Positions 30,001 through 45,000 of a stretch of 64,000 bases of DNA are shown here, piece after piece. The position numbers and the translations under genes are program-made. Source of the stretch: the human T2T-CHM13v2.0 reference genome, Homo sapiens; the NCBI RefSeq assembly GCF_009914755.1, contig NC_060925.1. One strand, written 5' to 3'. The notes under the pieces were generated by a model. It saw nothing but the letters and a program-made list of their open reading frames with translations. It made no database searches and was not told the origin of the DNA. How positions within the stretch are numbered: the first letter of the stretch is position 1; each line of letters opens with the position of its first letter.

Positions 30001-33000
30001 TGGACTCGAATGCAATCATCATCGAATGGAATCGAATGGAATCATCGAATGGACTCGAATGGAATAATCATTGAACGGAATCGAATGGAATCATCATCGG
30101 ATGGAAATGAATGGAATCATCATCGAATGGAATCGAATAGAATTATGGAATGAAATCCAGTGTGATCATCATCGAATGGACCCGAATGGAATCATCATCC
30201 AACGGAAGCTAATGGAATCAACATCGAATGAATCGAATGGAAACACCATCGAATTGAAACGAATGGAATTATCATGAAATTGAAATGGATGGACTCATCA
30301 TCGAATGGATTCGAATGGAATCATCGAATAAAATTGATTGAAATCATCATCCAATGGAATCGAATGGAATCATCATCAGATGGAAATGAATGGAATCGTC
30401 ATAGAATGGAATCGAATGGATTCATTGAATGGAATCAGATGGAATCATCGAATGGACTGGAATGGAATCATTGAATGGACTCGAAAGGGATCATTATTGA
30501 ATGGAATTGAATGGAATCATCGAATGGTCTCGATTGGAATCATTATCAAATGGAATGGAATGGAATCACCGAACAGAATCGAATGGAACAATCATCGAAT
30601 GGACTCAAATGGAATTATCCTCCAATGGAATCGAATGGAATTATCGAATGCAATCGAATAGAATCATCGAATGGACTCGAATGGAATCATCGAATGGAAT
30701 GGAATGGAACAGTCAATGAACTCGAATGGAATCATCATTGAATGGAATCGAATGGAATCATCGAGTGGAATCGAATGGAATTATGATCAAATGGAATCGA
30801 ATGTAATCCTCATCAAATGGAATCAAAAATAACCATCATCAATTGGTATTGAATGGAATTGTCATCAAATGGAATTCAAAGGAATCATCATCAAATGGAA
30901 CCGAATGGAATCCTCATTGAATGGAAATGAAAGGGGTCATCATCTAATGGAATCGCATGGAATCATCATCAAATGGAATCGAATGGAATCATCATCAAAT
31001 GGAATCTAATGGAATCATTGAACAGAATTGAATGGAATCGTCATCGAATGAATTGAATGCAATCATCGAATGGTCTCGAATGGAATCATCTTCTAATGGA
31101 AAGGAATGGAATCATCGCATAGAATCGAATGGAATTATCATCGAATGGAATCGAATGGTATCAACACCAAACGGAAAAAAACGGAATTATCGAATGGAAT
31201 CGAAGAGAATCTTCGAACGGACCCGAATGGAATCATCTAATGGAATGGAATGGAATAATCCATGGACTCGAATGCAATCATCATCGAATGGAATGGAATG
31301 GAATCATCGAATGGACTCGAATGGAATAATCATTGAACGGAATCGAATGGAATCATCATCGGATGGAAACGAATGGAATCATCATCGAATGGAAATGAAA
31401 GGAGTCATCATCTAATGGAATTGCATGGAATCATCATCAAATGGAATCGAATGGAATCAACATCAAATGGAATCAAATGGAATCATTGAACGGAATTGAA
31501 TGGAATCGTCATCGAATGAATTGACTGCAATCATCGAATGGTCTCGAATGGAATCATCTTCAAATGGAATGGAATGGAATCATCGCATAGAATCGAATGG
31601 AATTATCATCGAATGGAATCGAATGGAATCAACATCAAACGGAAAAAAACGGAATTATCGAATGGAATCGAAGAGAATCATCGAATGGACCCGAATGGAA
31701 TCATCTAATGGAATGGAATGGAATAATCCATGGACTCGAATGCAATCATCATCGAATGGAATCGAATGGAATCATCGAATGGACTCGAATGGAATAATCA
31801 TTGAACGGAATCGAATGGAATCATCATCGGATGGAAATGAATGGAATCATCATCGAATGGAATCGAATAGAATTATGGAATGAAATCCAGTGTGATCATC
31901 ATCGAATGGACCCGAATGGAATCATCATCCAACGGAAGCTAATGGAATCAACATCGAATGAATCGAATGGAAACACCATCGAATTGAAACGAATGGAATT
32001 ATCATGAAATTGAAATGGATGGACTCATCATCGAATGGATTCGAATGGAATCATCGAATAAAATTGATTGAAATCATCATCCAATGGAATCGAATGGAAT
32101 CATCATCAGATGGAAATGAATGGAATCGTCATAGAATGGAATCGAATGGATTCATTGAATGGAATCAGATGGAATCATCGAATGGACTGGAATGGAATCA
32201 TTGAATGGACTCGAAAGGGATCATTATTGAATGGAATTGAATGGAATCATCGAATGGTCTCGATTGCAATCATTATCAAATGGAATCGAATGGAATCACC
32301 GAATAGAATCGAATGGAACAATCATCGAATGGACTCAAATGGAATTATCCTCCAATGGAATTGAATGGAATTATCGAATGCAATCGAATAGAATCATCGA
32401 ATGGACTCGAATGGAATCATCGAATGGAATGGAATGGAACAGTCAATGAACTCGAATGGAATCATCATTGAATGGAATCGAATGGAATCATCGAGTGGAA
32501 TCGAATGGAATTATGATCAAATGGAATCGAATGTAATCCTCATCAAATGGAATCAAAAATAACCATCATCAATTGGTATTGAATGGAATTGTCATCAAAT
32601 GGAATTCAAAGGAATCATCATCAAATGGAACCGAATGGAATCCTCATTGAATGGAAATGAAAGGGGTCATCATCTAATGGAATCGCATGGAATCATCATC
32701 AAATGGAATCGAATGGAATCATCATCAAATGGAATCTAATGGAATCATTGAACAGAATTGAATGGAATCGTCATCGAATGAATTGAATGCAATCATCGAA
32801 TGGTCTCGAATGGAATCATCTTCTAATGGAAAGGAATGGAATCATCGCATAGAATCGAATGGAATTATCATCGAATGGAATCGAATGGTATCAACACCAA
32901 ACGGAAAAAAACGGAATTATCGAATGGAATCGAAGAGAATCTTCGAACGGACCCGAATGGAATCATCTAATGGAATGGAATGGAATAATCCATGGACTCG

Positions 33001-36000
33001 AATGCAATCATCATCGAATGGAATGGAATGGAATCATCGAATGGACTCGAATGGAATAATCATTGAACGGAATCGAATGGAATCATCATCGGATGGAAAC
33101 GAATGGAATCATCATCGAATGGAAATGAAAGGAGTCATCATCTAATGGAATTGCATGGAATCATCATAAAATGGAATCGAATGGAATCAACATCAAATGG
33201 AATCAAATGGAATCATTGAACGGAATTGAATGGAATCGTCATCGAATGAATTGACTGCAATCATCGAATGGTCTCGAATGGAATCATCTTCAAATGGAAT
33301 GGAATGGAATCATCGCATAGAATCGAATGGAATTATCATCGAATGGAATCGAATGGAATCAACATCAAACGGAAAAAAACAGAATTATCGTATGGAATCG
33401 AAGAGAATCATCGAATGGACCCGAATGGAATCATCTAATGGAATGGAATGGAATAATCCATGGACTCGAATGCAATCATCATCGAATGGAATCGAATGGA
33501 ATCATCGAATGGACTCGAATGGAATAATCATTGAACGGAATCGAATGGAATCATCATCGGATGGAAATGAATGGAATCATCATCGAATGGAATCGAATAG
33601 AATTATGGAATGAAATCCAGTGTGATCATCATCGAATGGACCCGAATGGAATCATCATCCAACGGAAGCTAATGGAATCAACATCGAATGAATCGAATGG
33701 AAACACCATCGAATTGAAACGAATGGAATTATCATGAAATTGAAATGGATGGACTCATCATCGAATGGATTCGAATGGAATCATCGAATAAAATTGATTG
33801 AAATCATCATCCAATGGAATCGAATGGAATCATCATCAGATGGAAATGAATGGAATCGTCATAGAATGGAATCGAATGGATTCATTGAATGGAATCAGAT
33901 GGAATCATCGAATGGACTGGAATGGAATCATTGAATGGACTCGAAAGGGATCATTATTGAATGGAATTGAATGGAATCATCGAATGGTCTCGATTGCAAT
34001 CATTATCAAATGGAATCGAATGGAATCACCGAATAGAATCGAATGGAACAATCATCGAATGGACTCAAATGGAATTATCCTCCAATGGAATCGAATGGAA
34101 TTATCGAATGCAATCGAATAGAATCATCGAATGGACTCGAATGGAATCATCGAATGGAATGGAATGGAACAGTCAATGAACTCGAATGGAATCATCATTG
34201 AATGGAATCGAATGGAATCATCGAGTGGAATCGAATGGAATTATGATCAAATGGAATCGAATGTAATCCTCATCAAATGGAATCAAAAATAACCATCATC
34301 AATTGGTATTGAATGGAATTGTCATCAAATGGAATTCAAAGGAATCATCATCAAATGGAACCGAATGGAATCCTCATTGAATGGAAATGAAAGGGGTCAT
34401 CATCTAATGGAATCGCATGGAATCATCATCAAATGGAATCGAATGGAATCATCATCAAATGGAATCTAATGGAATCATTGAACAGAATTGAATGGAATCG
34501 TCATCGAATGAATTGAATGCAATCATCGAATGGTCTCGAATGGAATCATCTTCTAATGGAAAGGAATGGAATCATCGCATAGAATCGAATGGAATTATCA
34601 TCGAATGGAATCGAATGGTATCAACACCAAACGGAAAAAAACGGAATTATCGAATGGAATCGAAGAGAATCTTCGAAAGGACCCGAATGGAATCATCTAA
34701 TGGAATGGAATGGAATAATCCATGGACTCGAATGCAATCATCATCGAATGGAATGGAATGGAATCATCGAATGGACTCGAATGGAATAATCATTGAACGG
34801 AATCGAATGGAATCATCATCGGATGGAAACGAATGGAATCATCATCGAATGGAAATGAAAGGAGTCATCATCTAATGGAATTGCATGGAATCATCATCAA
34901 ATGGAATCGAATGGAATCAACATCAAATGGAATCAAATGGAATCATTGAACGGAATTGAATGGAATCGTCATCGAATGAATTGACTGCAATCATCGAATG
35001 GTCTCGAATGGAATCATCTTCAAATGGAATGGAATGGAATCATCGCATAGAATCGAATGGAATTATCATCGAATGGAATCGAATGGAATCAACATCAAAC
35101 GGAAAAAAACGGAATTATCGAATGGAATCGAAGAGAATCATCGAATGGACCCGAATGGAATCATCTAATGGAATGGAATGGAATAATCCATGGACTCGAA
35201 TGCAATCATCATCGAATGGAATCGAATGGAATCATCGAATGGACTCGAATGGAATAATCATTGAACGGAATCGAATGGAATCATCATCGGATGGAAATGA
35301 ATGGAATCATCATCGAATGGAATCGAATAGAATTATGGAATGAAATCCAGTGTGATCATCATCGAATGGACCCGAATGGAATCATCATCCAACGGAAGCT
35401 AATGGAATCAACATCGAATGAATCGAATGGAAACACCATCGAATTGAAACGAATGGAATTATCATGAAATTGAAATGGATGGACTCATCATCGAATGGAT
35501 TCGAATGGAATCATCGAATAAAATTGATTGAAATCATCATCCAATGGAATCGAATGGTATCATTGAATGGAATCGAATGGAATCATCATCAGATGGAAAT
35601 GAATGGAATCGTCATAGAATGGAATCGAATGGATTCATTGAATGGAATCAGATGGAATCATCGAATGGACTGGAATGGAATCATTGAATGGACTCGAAAG
35701 GGATCATGATTGAATGGAATTGAATGGAATCATCGAATGGTCTCGATTGGAATCATTATCAAATGGAATCGAATGGAATCACCGAATAGAATCGAATGGA
35801 ACAATCATCGAATGGACTCAAATGGAATTATCCTCAAATGGAATCGAATGGAATTATCGAATGCAATCGAATGGAATTATCGAATGCAATCGAATAGAAT
35901 CATCGAAAGGACTCGAATGGAATCATCGAATGGAATGGAATGGAACAGTCAATGAACTCGAATGGAATCATCATTGAATGGAATCGAATGGAATCATCGA

Positions 36001-39000
36001 GTGGAATCGAATGGAATTATGATCAAATGGAATCGAATGTAATCATCATCAAATGGAATCAAAAATAACCATCATCAATTGGTATTGAATGGAATTGTCA
36101 TCAAATGGAATTCAAAGGAAACATCATCAAATGGAACCGAATGGAATCCTCATTGAATGGAAATGAAAGGGGTCATCATCTAATGGAATCGCATGGAATC
36201 ATCATCAAATGGAATCGAATGGAATCATCATCAAATGGAATCAAATGGAATTATTGAACAGAATTGAATGGAATCGTCATCGAATGAATTGAATGCAATC
36301 ATCGAATGGTCTCGAATGGAATCATCTTCTACTGGAAAGGAATGGAATCATCGCATAGAATCGAATGGAATTATCATCGAATGGAATCGAATGGTATCAA
36401 CACCAAACGGAAAAAAACGGAATTATCGAATGGAATCGAAGAGAATCTTCGAACGGACCCGAATGGAATCATCTAATGGAATGGAATGGAATAATCCATG
36501 GACTCGAATGCAATCATCATCGAATGGAATGGAATGGAATCATCGAATGGACTCGAATGGAATAATCATTGAACGGAATCGAATGGAATCATCATCGGAT
36601 GGAAACGAATGGAATCATCATCGAATGGAAATGAAAGGAGTCATCATCTAATGGAATTGCATGGAATCATCATAAAATGGAATCGAATGGAATCAACATC
36701 AAATGGAATCAAATGGAATCATTGAACGGAATTGAATGGAATCGTCATCGAATGAATTGAATGCAATCATCGAATGGTCTCGAATGGAATCATCTTCAAA
36801 TGGAATGGAATGGAATCATCGCATAGAATCGAATGGAATTATCATCGAATGGAATCGAATGGAATCAACATCAAACGGAAAAAAACGGAATTATCGAATG
36901 GAATCGAAGAGAATCATCGAATGGACCCGAATGGAATCATCTAATGGAATGGAATGGAATAATCCATGGACTCGAATGCAATCATCATCGAATGGAATCG
37001 AATGGAATCATCGAATGGACTCGAATGGAATAATCATTGAACGGAATCGAATGGAATCATCATCGGATGGAAATGAATGGAATCATCATCGAATGGAATC
37101 GAATAGAATTATGGAATGAAATCCAGTGTGATCATCATCGAATGGACCCGAATGGAATCATCATCCAACGGAAGCTAATGGAATCAACATCGAATGAATC
37201 GAATGGAAACACCATCGAATTGAAACGAATGGAATTATCATGAAATTGAAATGGATGGACTCATCATCGAATGGATTCGAATGGAATCATCGAATAAAAT
37301 TGATTGAAATCATCATCCAATGGAATCGAATGGTATCATTGAATGGAATCGAATGGAATCATCATCAGATGGAAATGAATGGAATCGTCATAGAATGGAA
37401 TCGAATGGATTCATTGAATGGAATCAGATGGAATCATCGAATGGACTGGAATGGAATCATTGAATGGACTCGAAAGGGATCATTATTGAATGGAATTGAA
37501 TGGAATCATCGAATGGTCTCGATTGGAATCATTATCAAATGGAATGGAATGGAATCACCGAATAGAATCGAATGGAACAATCATCGAATGGACTCAAATG
37601 GAATTATCCTGCAATGGAATCGAATGGAATTATCGAATGCAATCGAATGGAATTATCGAATGCAATCGAATAGAATCATCGAATGGACTCGAATGGAATC
37701 ATCGAATGGAATGGAATGGAACAGTCAATGAACTCGAATGGAATCATCATTGAATGGAATCGAATGGAATCATCGAGTGGAATCGAATGGAATTATGATC
37801 AAATGGAATCGAATGTAATCCTCATCAAATGGAATCAAAAATAACCATCATCAATTGGTATTGAATGGAATTGTCATCAAATGGAATTCAAAGGAATCAT
37901 CATCAAATGGAACCGAATGGAATCCTCATTGAATGGAAATGAAAGGGGTCATCATCTAATGGAATCGCATGGAATCATCATCAAATGGAATCGAATGGAA
38001 TCATCATCAAATGGAATCTAATGGAATCATTGAACAGAATTGAATGGAATCGTCATCGAATGAATTGAATGCAATCATCGAATGGTCTCGAATGGAATCA
38101 TCTTCTAATGGAAAGGAATGGAATCATCGCATAGAATCGAATGGAATTATCATCGAATGGAATCGAATGGTATCAACACCAAACGGAAAAAAACGGAATT
38201 ATCGAATGGAATCGAAGAGAATCTTCGAACGGACCCGAATGGAATCATCTAATGGAATGGAATGGAATAATCCATGGACTCGAATGCAATCATCATCGAA
38301 TGGAATGGAATGGAATCATCGAATGGACTCGAATGGAATAATCATTGAACGGAATCGAATGGAATCATCATCGGATGGAAACGAATGGAATCATCATCGA
38401 ATGGAAATGAAAGGAGTCATCATCTAATGGAATTGCATGGAATCATCATAAAATGGAATCGAATGGAATCAACATCAAATGGAATCAAATGGAATCATTG
38501 AACGGAATTGAATGGAATCGTCATCGAATGAATTGACTGCAATCATCGAATGGTCTCGAATGGAATCATCTTCAAATGGAATGGAATGGAATCATCGCAT
38601 AGAATCGAATGGAATTATCATCGAATGGAATCGAATGGAATCAACATCAAACGGAAAAAAACGGAATTATCGAATGGAATCGAAGAGAATCATCGAATGG
38701 ACCCGAATGGAATCATCTAATGGAATGGAATGGAATAATCCATGGACTCGAATGCAATCATCATCGAATGGAATCGAATGGAATCATCGAATGGACTCGA
38801 ATGGAATAATCATTGAACGGAATCGAATGGAATCATCATCGGATGGAAATGAATGGAATCATCATCGAATGGAATCGAATAGAATTATGGAATGAAATCC
38901 AGTGTGATCATCATCGAATGGACCCGAATGGAATCATCATCCAACGGAAGCTAATGGAATCAACATCGAATGAATCGAATGGAAACACCATCGAATTGAA

Positions 39001-42000
39001 ACGAATGGAATTATCATGAAATTGAAATGGATGGACTCATCATCGAATGGATTCGAATGGAATCATCGAATAAAATTGATTGAAATCATCATCCAATGGA
39101 ATCGAATGGTATCATTGAATGGAATCGAATGGAATCATCATCAGATGGAAATGAATGGAATCGTCATAGAATGGAATCGAATGGATTCATTGAATGGAAT
39201 CAGATGGAATCATCGAATGGACTGGAATGGAATCATTGAATGGACTCGAAAGGGATCATGATTGAATGGAATTGAATGGAATCATCGAATGGTCTCGATT
39301 GGAATCATTATCAAATGGAATCGAATGGAATCACCGAATAGAATCGAATGGAACAATCATCGAATGGACTCAAATGGAATTATCCTCAAATGGAATCGAA
39401 TGGAATTATCGAATGCAATCGAATGGAATTATCGAATGCAATCGAATAGAATCATCTAAAGGACTCGAATGGAATCATCGAATGGAATGGAATGGAACAG
39501 TCAATGAACTCGAATGGAATCATCATTGAATGGAATCGAATGGAATCATCGAGTGGAATCGAATGGAATTATGATCAAATGGAATCGAATGTAATCATCA
39601 TCAAATGGAATCAAAAATAACCATCATCAATTGGTATTGAATGGAATTGTCATCAAATGGAATTCAAAGGAAACATCATCAAATGGAACCGAATGGAATC
39701 CTCATTGAATGGAAATGAAAGGGGTCATCATCTAATGGAATCGCATGGAATCATCATCAAATGGAATCGAATGGAATCATCATCAAATGGAATCAAATGG
39801 AATTATTGAACAGAATTGAATGGAATCGTCATCGAATGAATTGAATGCAATCATCGAATGGTCTCGAATGGAATCATCTTCTACTGGAAAGGAATGGAAT
39901 CATCGCATAGAATCGAATGGAATTATCATCGAATGGAATCGAATGGTATCAACACCAAACGGAAAAAAACGGAATTATCGAATGGAATCGAAGAGAATCT
40001 TCGAACGGACCCGAATGGAATCATCTAATGGAATGGAATGGAATAATCCATGGACTCGAATGCAATCATCATCGAATGGAATGGAATGGAATCATCGAAT
40101 GGACTCGAATGGAATAATCATTGAACGGAATCGAATGGAATCATCATCGGATGGAAACGAATGGAATCATCATCGAATGGAAATGAAAGGAGTCATCATC
40201 TAATGGAATTGCATGGAATCATCATAAAATGGAATCGAATGGAATCAACATCAAATGGAATCAAATGGAATCATTGAACGGAATTGAATGGAATCGTCAT
40301 CGAATGAATTGACTGCAATCATCGAATGGTCTCGAATGGAATCATCTTCAAATGGAATGGAATGGAATCATCGCATAGAATCGAATGGAATTATCATCGA
40401 ATGGAATCGAATGGAATCAACATCAAACGGAAAAAAACGGAATTATCGAATGGAATCGAAGAGAATCATCGAATGGACCCGAATGGAATCATCTAATGGA
40501 ATGGAATGGAATAATCCATGGACTCGAATGCAATCATCATCGAATGGAATCGAATGGAATCATCGAATGGACTCGAATGGAATAATCATTGAACGGAATC
40601 GAATGGAATCATCATCGGATGGAAATGAATGGAATCATCATCGAATGGAATCGAATAGAATTATGGAATGAAATCCAGTGTGATCATCATCGAATGGACC
40701 CGAATGGAATCATCATCCAACGGAAGCTAATGGAATCAACATCGAATGAATCGAATGGAAACACCATCGAATTGAAACGAATGGAATTATCATGAAATTG
40801 AAATGGATGGACTCATCATCGAATGGATTCGAATGGAATCATCGAATAAAATTGATTGAAATCATCATCGAATGGAATCGAATGGTATCATTGAATGGAA
40901 TCGAATGGAATCATCATCAGATGGAAATGAATGGAATCGTCATAGAATGGAATCGAATGGATTCATTGAATGGAATCAGATGGAATCATCGAATGGACTG
41001 GAATGGAATCATTGAATGGACTCGAAAGGGATCATGATTGAATGGAATTGAATGGAATCATCGAATGGTCTCGATTGGAATCATTATCAAATGGAATCGA
41101 ATGGAATCACCGAATAGAATCGAATGGAACAATCATCGAATGGACTCAAATGGAATTATCCTCCAATGGAATCGAATGGAATTATCGAATGCAATCGAAT
41201 GGAATTATCGATTGCAATCGAATAGAATCATCGAATGGACTCGAATGGAATCATCGAATGGAATGGAATGGAACAGTCAATGAACTCGAATGGAATCATC
41301 ATTGAATGGAATCGAATGGAATCATCGAGTGGAATCGAATGGAATTATGATCAAATGGAATCGAATGTAATCCTCATCAAATGGAATCAAAAATAACCAT
41401 CATCAATTGGTATTGAATGGAATTGTCATCAAATGGAATTCAAAGGAATCATCATCAAATGGAACCGAATGGAATCCTCATTGAATGGAAATGAAAGGGG
41501 TCATCATCTAATGGAATCGCATGGAATCATCATCAAATGGAATCGAATGGAATCATCATCAAATGGAATCTAATGGAATCATTGAACAGAATTGAATGGA
41601 ATCGTCATCGAATGAATTGAATGCAATCATCGAATGGTCTCGAATGGAATCATCTTCTAATGGAAAGGAATGGAATCATCGCATAGAATCGAATGGAATT
41701 ATCATCGAATGGAATCGAATGGTATCAACACCAAACGGAAAAAAACGGAATTATCGAATGGAATCGAAGAGAATCTTCGAACGGACCCGAATGGAATCAT
41801 CTAATGGAATGGAATGGAATAATCCATGGACTCGAATGCAATCATCATCGAATGGAATGGAATGGAATCATCGAATGGACTCGAATGGAATAATCATTGA
41901 ACGGAATCGAATGGAATCATCATCGGATGGAAACGAATGGAATCATCATCGAATGGAAATGAAAGGAGTCATCATCTAATGGAATTGCATGGAATCATCA

Positions 42001-45000
42001 TAAAATGGAATCGAATGGAATCAACATCAAATGGAATCAAATGGAATCATTGAACGGAATTGAATGGAATCGTCATCGAATGAATTGACTGCAATCATCG
42101 AATGGTCTCGAATGGAATCATCTTCAAATGGAATGGAATGGAATCATCGCATAGAATCGAATGGAATTATCATCGAATGGAATCGAATGGAATCAACATC
42201 AAACGGAAAAAAACAGAATTATCGTATGGAATCGAAGAGAATCATCGAATGGACCCGAATGGAATCATCTAATGGAATGGAATGGAATAATCCATGGACT
42301 CGAATGCAATCATCATCGAATGGAATCGAATGGAATCATCGAATGGACTCGAATGGAATAATCATTGAACGGAATCGAATGGAATCATCATCGGATGGAA
42401 ATGAATGGAATCATCATCGAATGGAATCGAATAGAATTATGGAATGAAATCCAGTGTGATCATCATCGAATGGACCCGAATGGAATCATCATCCAACGGA
42501 AGCTAATGGAATCAACATCGAATGAATCGAATGGAAACACCATCGAATTGAAACGAATGGAATTATCATGAAATTGAAATGGATGGACTCATCATCGAAT
42601 GGATTCGAATGGAATCATCGAATAAAATTGATTGAAATCATCATCCAATGGAATCGAATGTTATCATTGAATGGAATCGAATGGAATCATCATCAGATGG
42701 AAATGAATGGAATCGTCATAGAATGGAATCGAATGGATTCATTGAATGGAATCAGATGGAATCATCGAATGGACTGGAATGGAATCATGGAATGGACTCG
42801 AAAGGGATCATGATTGAATGGAATTGAATGGAATCATCGAATGGTCTCGATTGGAATCATTATCAAATGGAATCGAATGGAATCACCGAATAGAATCGAA
42901 TGGAACAATCATCGAATGGACTCAAATGGAATTATCCTCCAATGGAATCGAATGGAATTATCGAATGCAATCGAATGGAATTATCGAATGCAATCGAATA
43001 GAATCATCGAAAGGACTCGAATGGAATCATCGAATGGAATGCAATGGAACAGTCAATGAACTCGAATGGAATCATCATTGAATGGAATCGAATGGAATCA
43101 TCGAGTGGAAACGAATGGAATTATGATCAAATGGAATCGAATGGAATCATCATCAAATGGAATCAAAAATAACCATCATCAATTGGTATTGAATGGAATT
43201 GTCATCAAATGGAATTCAAAGGAATCATCATCAAATGGAACCGAATGGAATCCTCATTGAATGGAAATGAAAGGGGTCATCATCTAATGGAATCGCATGG
43301 AATCATCATCAAATGGAATCGAATGGAATCATCATCAAATGGAATCTAATGGAATCATTGAACAGAATTGAATGGAATCGTCATCGAATGAATTGAATGC
43401 AATCATCGAATGGTCTCGAATGGAATCATCTTCTAATGGAAAGGAATGGAATCATCGCATAGAATCGAATGGAATTATCATCGAATGGAATCGAATGGTA
43501 TCAACACCAAACGGAAAAAAACGGAATTATCGAATGGAATCGAAGAGAATCTTCGAACGGACCCGAATGCAATCATCTAATGGAATGGAATGGAATAATC
43601 CATGGACTCGAATGCAATCATCATCGAATGGAATCGAATGGAATCATCGAATGGACTCGAATGGAATAATCATTGAACGGAATCGAATGGAATCATCATC
43701 GGATGGAAACGAATGGAATCATCATCGAATGGAAATGAAAGGAGTCATCATCTAAAGGAATTGCATGGAATCATCATAAAATGGAATCGAATGGAATCAA
43801 CATCAAATGGAATCAAATGGAATCATTGAACGGAATTGAATGGAATCGTCATCGAATGAATTGACTGCAATCATCGAATGGTCTCGAATGGAATCATCTT
43901 CAAATGGAATGGAATGGAATCATCGCATAGAATCGAATGGAATTATCATCGAATGGAATCGAATGGAATCAACATCAAACGGAAAAAAACGGAATTATCG
44001 AATGGAATCGAAGAGAATCATCGAATGGACCCGAATGGAATCATCTAATGGAATGGAATGGAATAATCCATGGACTCGAATGCAATCATCATCGAATGGA
44101 ATCGAATGGAATCATCGAATGGACTCGAATGGAATAATCATTGAACGGAATCGAATGGAATCATCATCGGATGGAAATGAATGGAATCATCATCGAATGG
44201 AATCGAATAGAATTATGGAATGAAATCCAGTGTGATCATCATCGAATGGACCCGAATGGAATCATCATCCAACGGAAGCTAATGGAATCAACATCGAATG
44301 AATCGAATGGAAACACCAACGAATTGAAACGAATGGAATTATCATGAAATTGAAATGGATGGACTCATCATCGAATGGATTCGAATGGAATCATCGAATA
44401 AAATTGATTGAAATCATCATCCAATGGAATCGAATGGTATCATTGAATGGAATCGAATGGAATCATCATCAGATGGAAATGAATGGAATCGTCATAGAAT
44501 GGAATCGAATGGATTCATTGAATGGAATCAGATGGAATCATCGAATGGACTGGAATGGAATCATTGAATGGACTCGAAAGGGATCATGATTGAATGGAAT
44601 TGAATGGAATCATCGAATGGTCTCGATTGGAATCATTATCAAATGGAATCGAATGGAATCACCGAATAGAATCGAATGGAACAATCATCGAATGGACTCA
44701 AATGGAATTATCCTCCAATGGAATCGAATGGAATTATCGAATGCAATCGAATGGAATTATCGAATGCAATCGAATAGAATCATCGAATGGACTCGAATGG
44801 AATCATCGAATGGAATGGAATGGAACAGTCAATGAACTCGAATGGAATCATCATTGAATGGAATCGAATGGAATCATCGAGTGGAATCGAATGGAATTAT
44901 GATCAAATGGAATCGAATGTAATCATCATCAAATGGAATCAAAAATAACCATCATCAATTGGTATTGAATGGAATTGTCATCAAATGGAATTCAAAGGAA

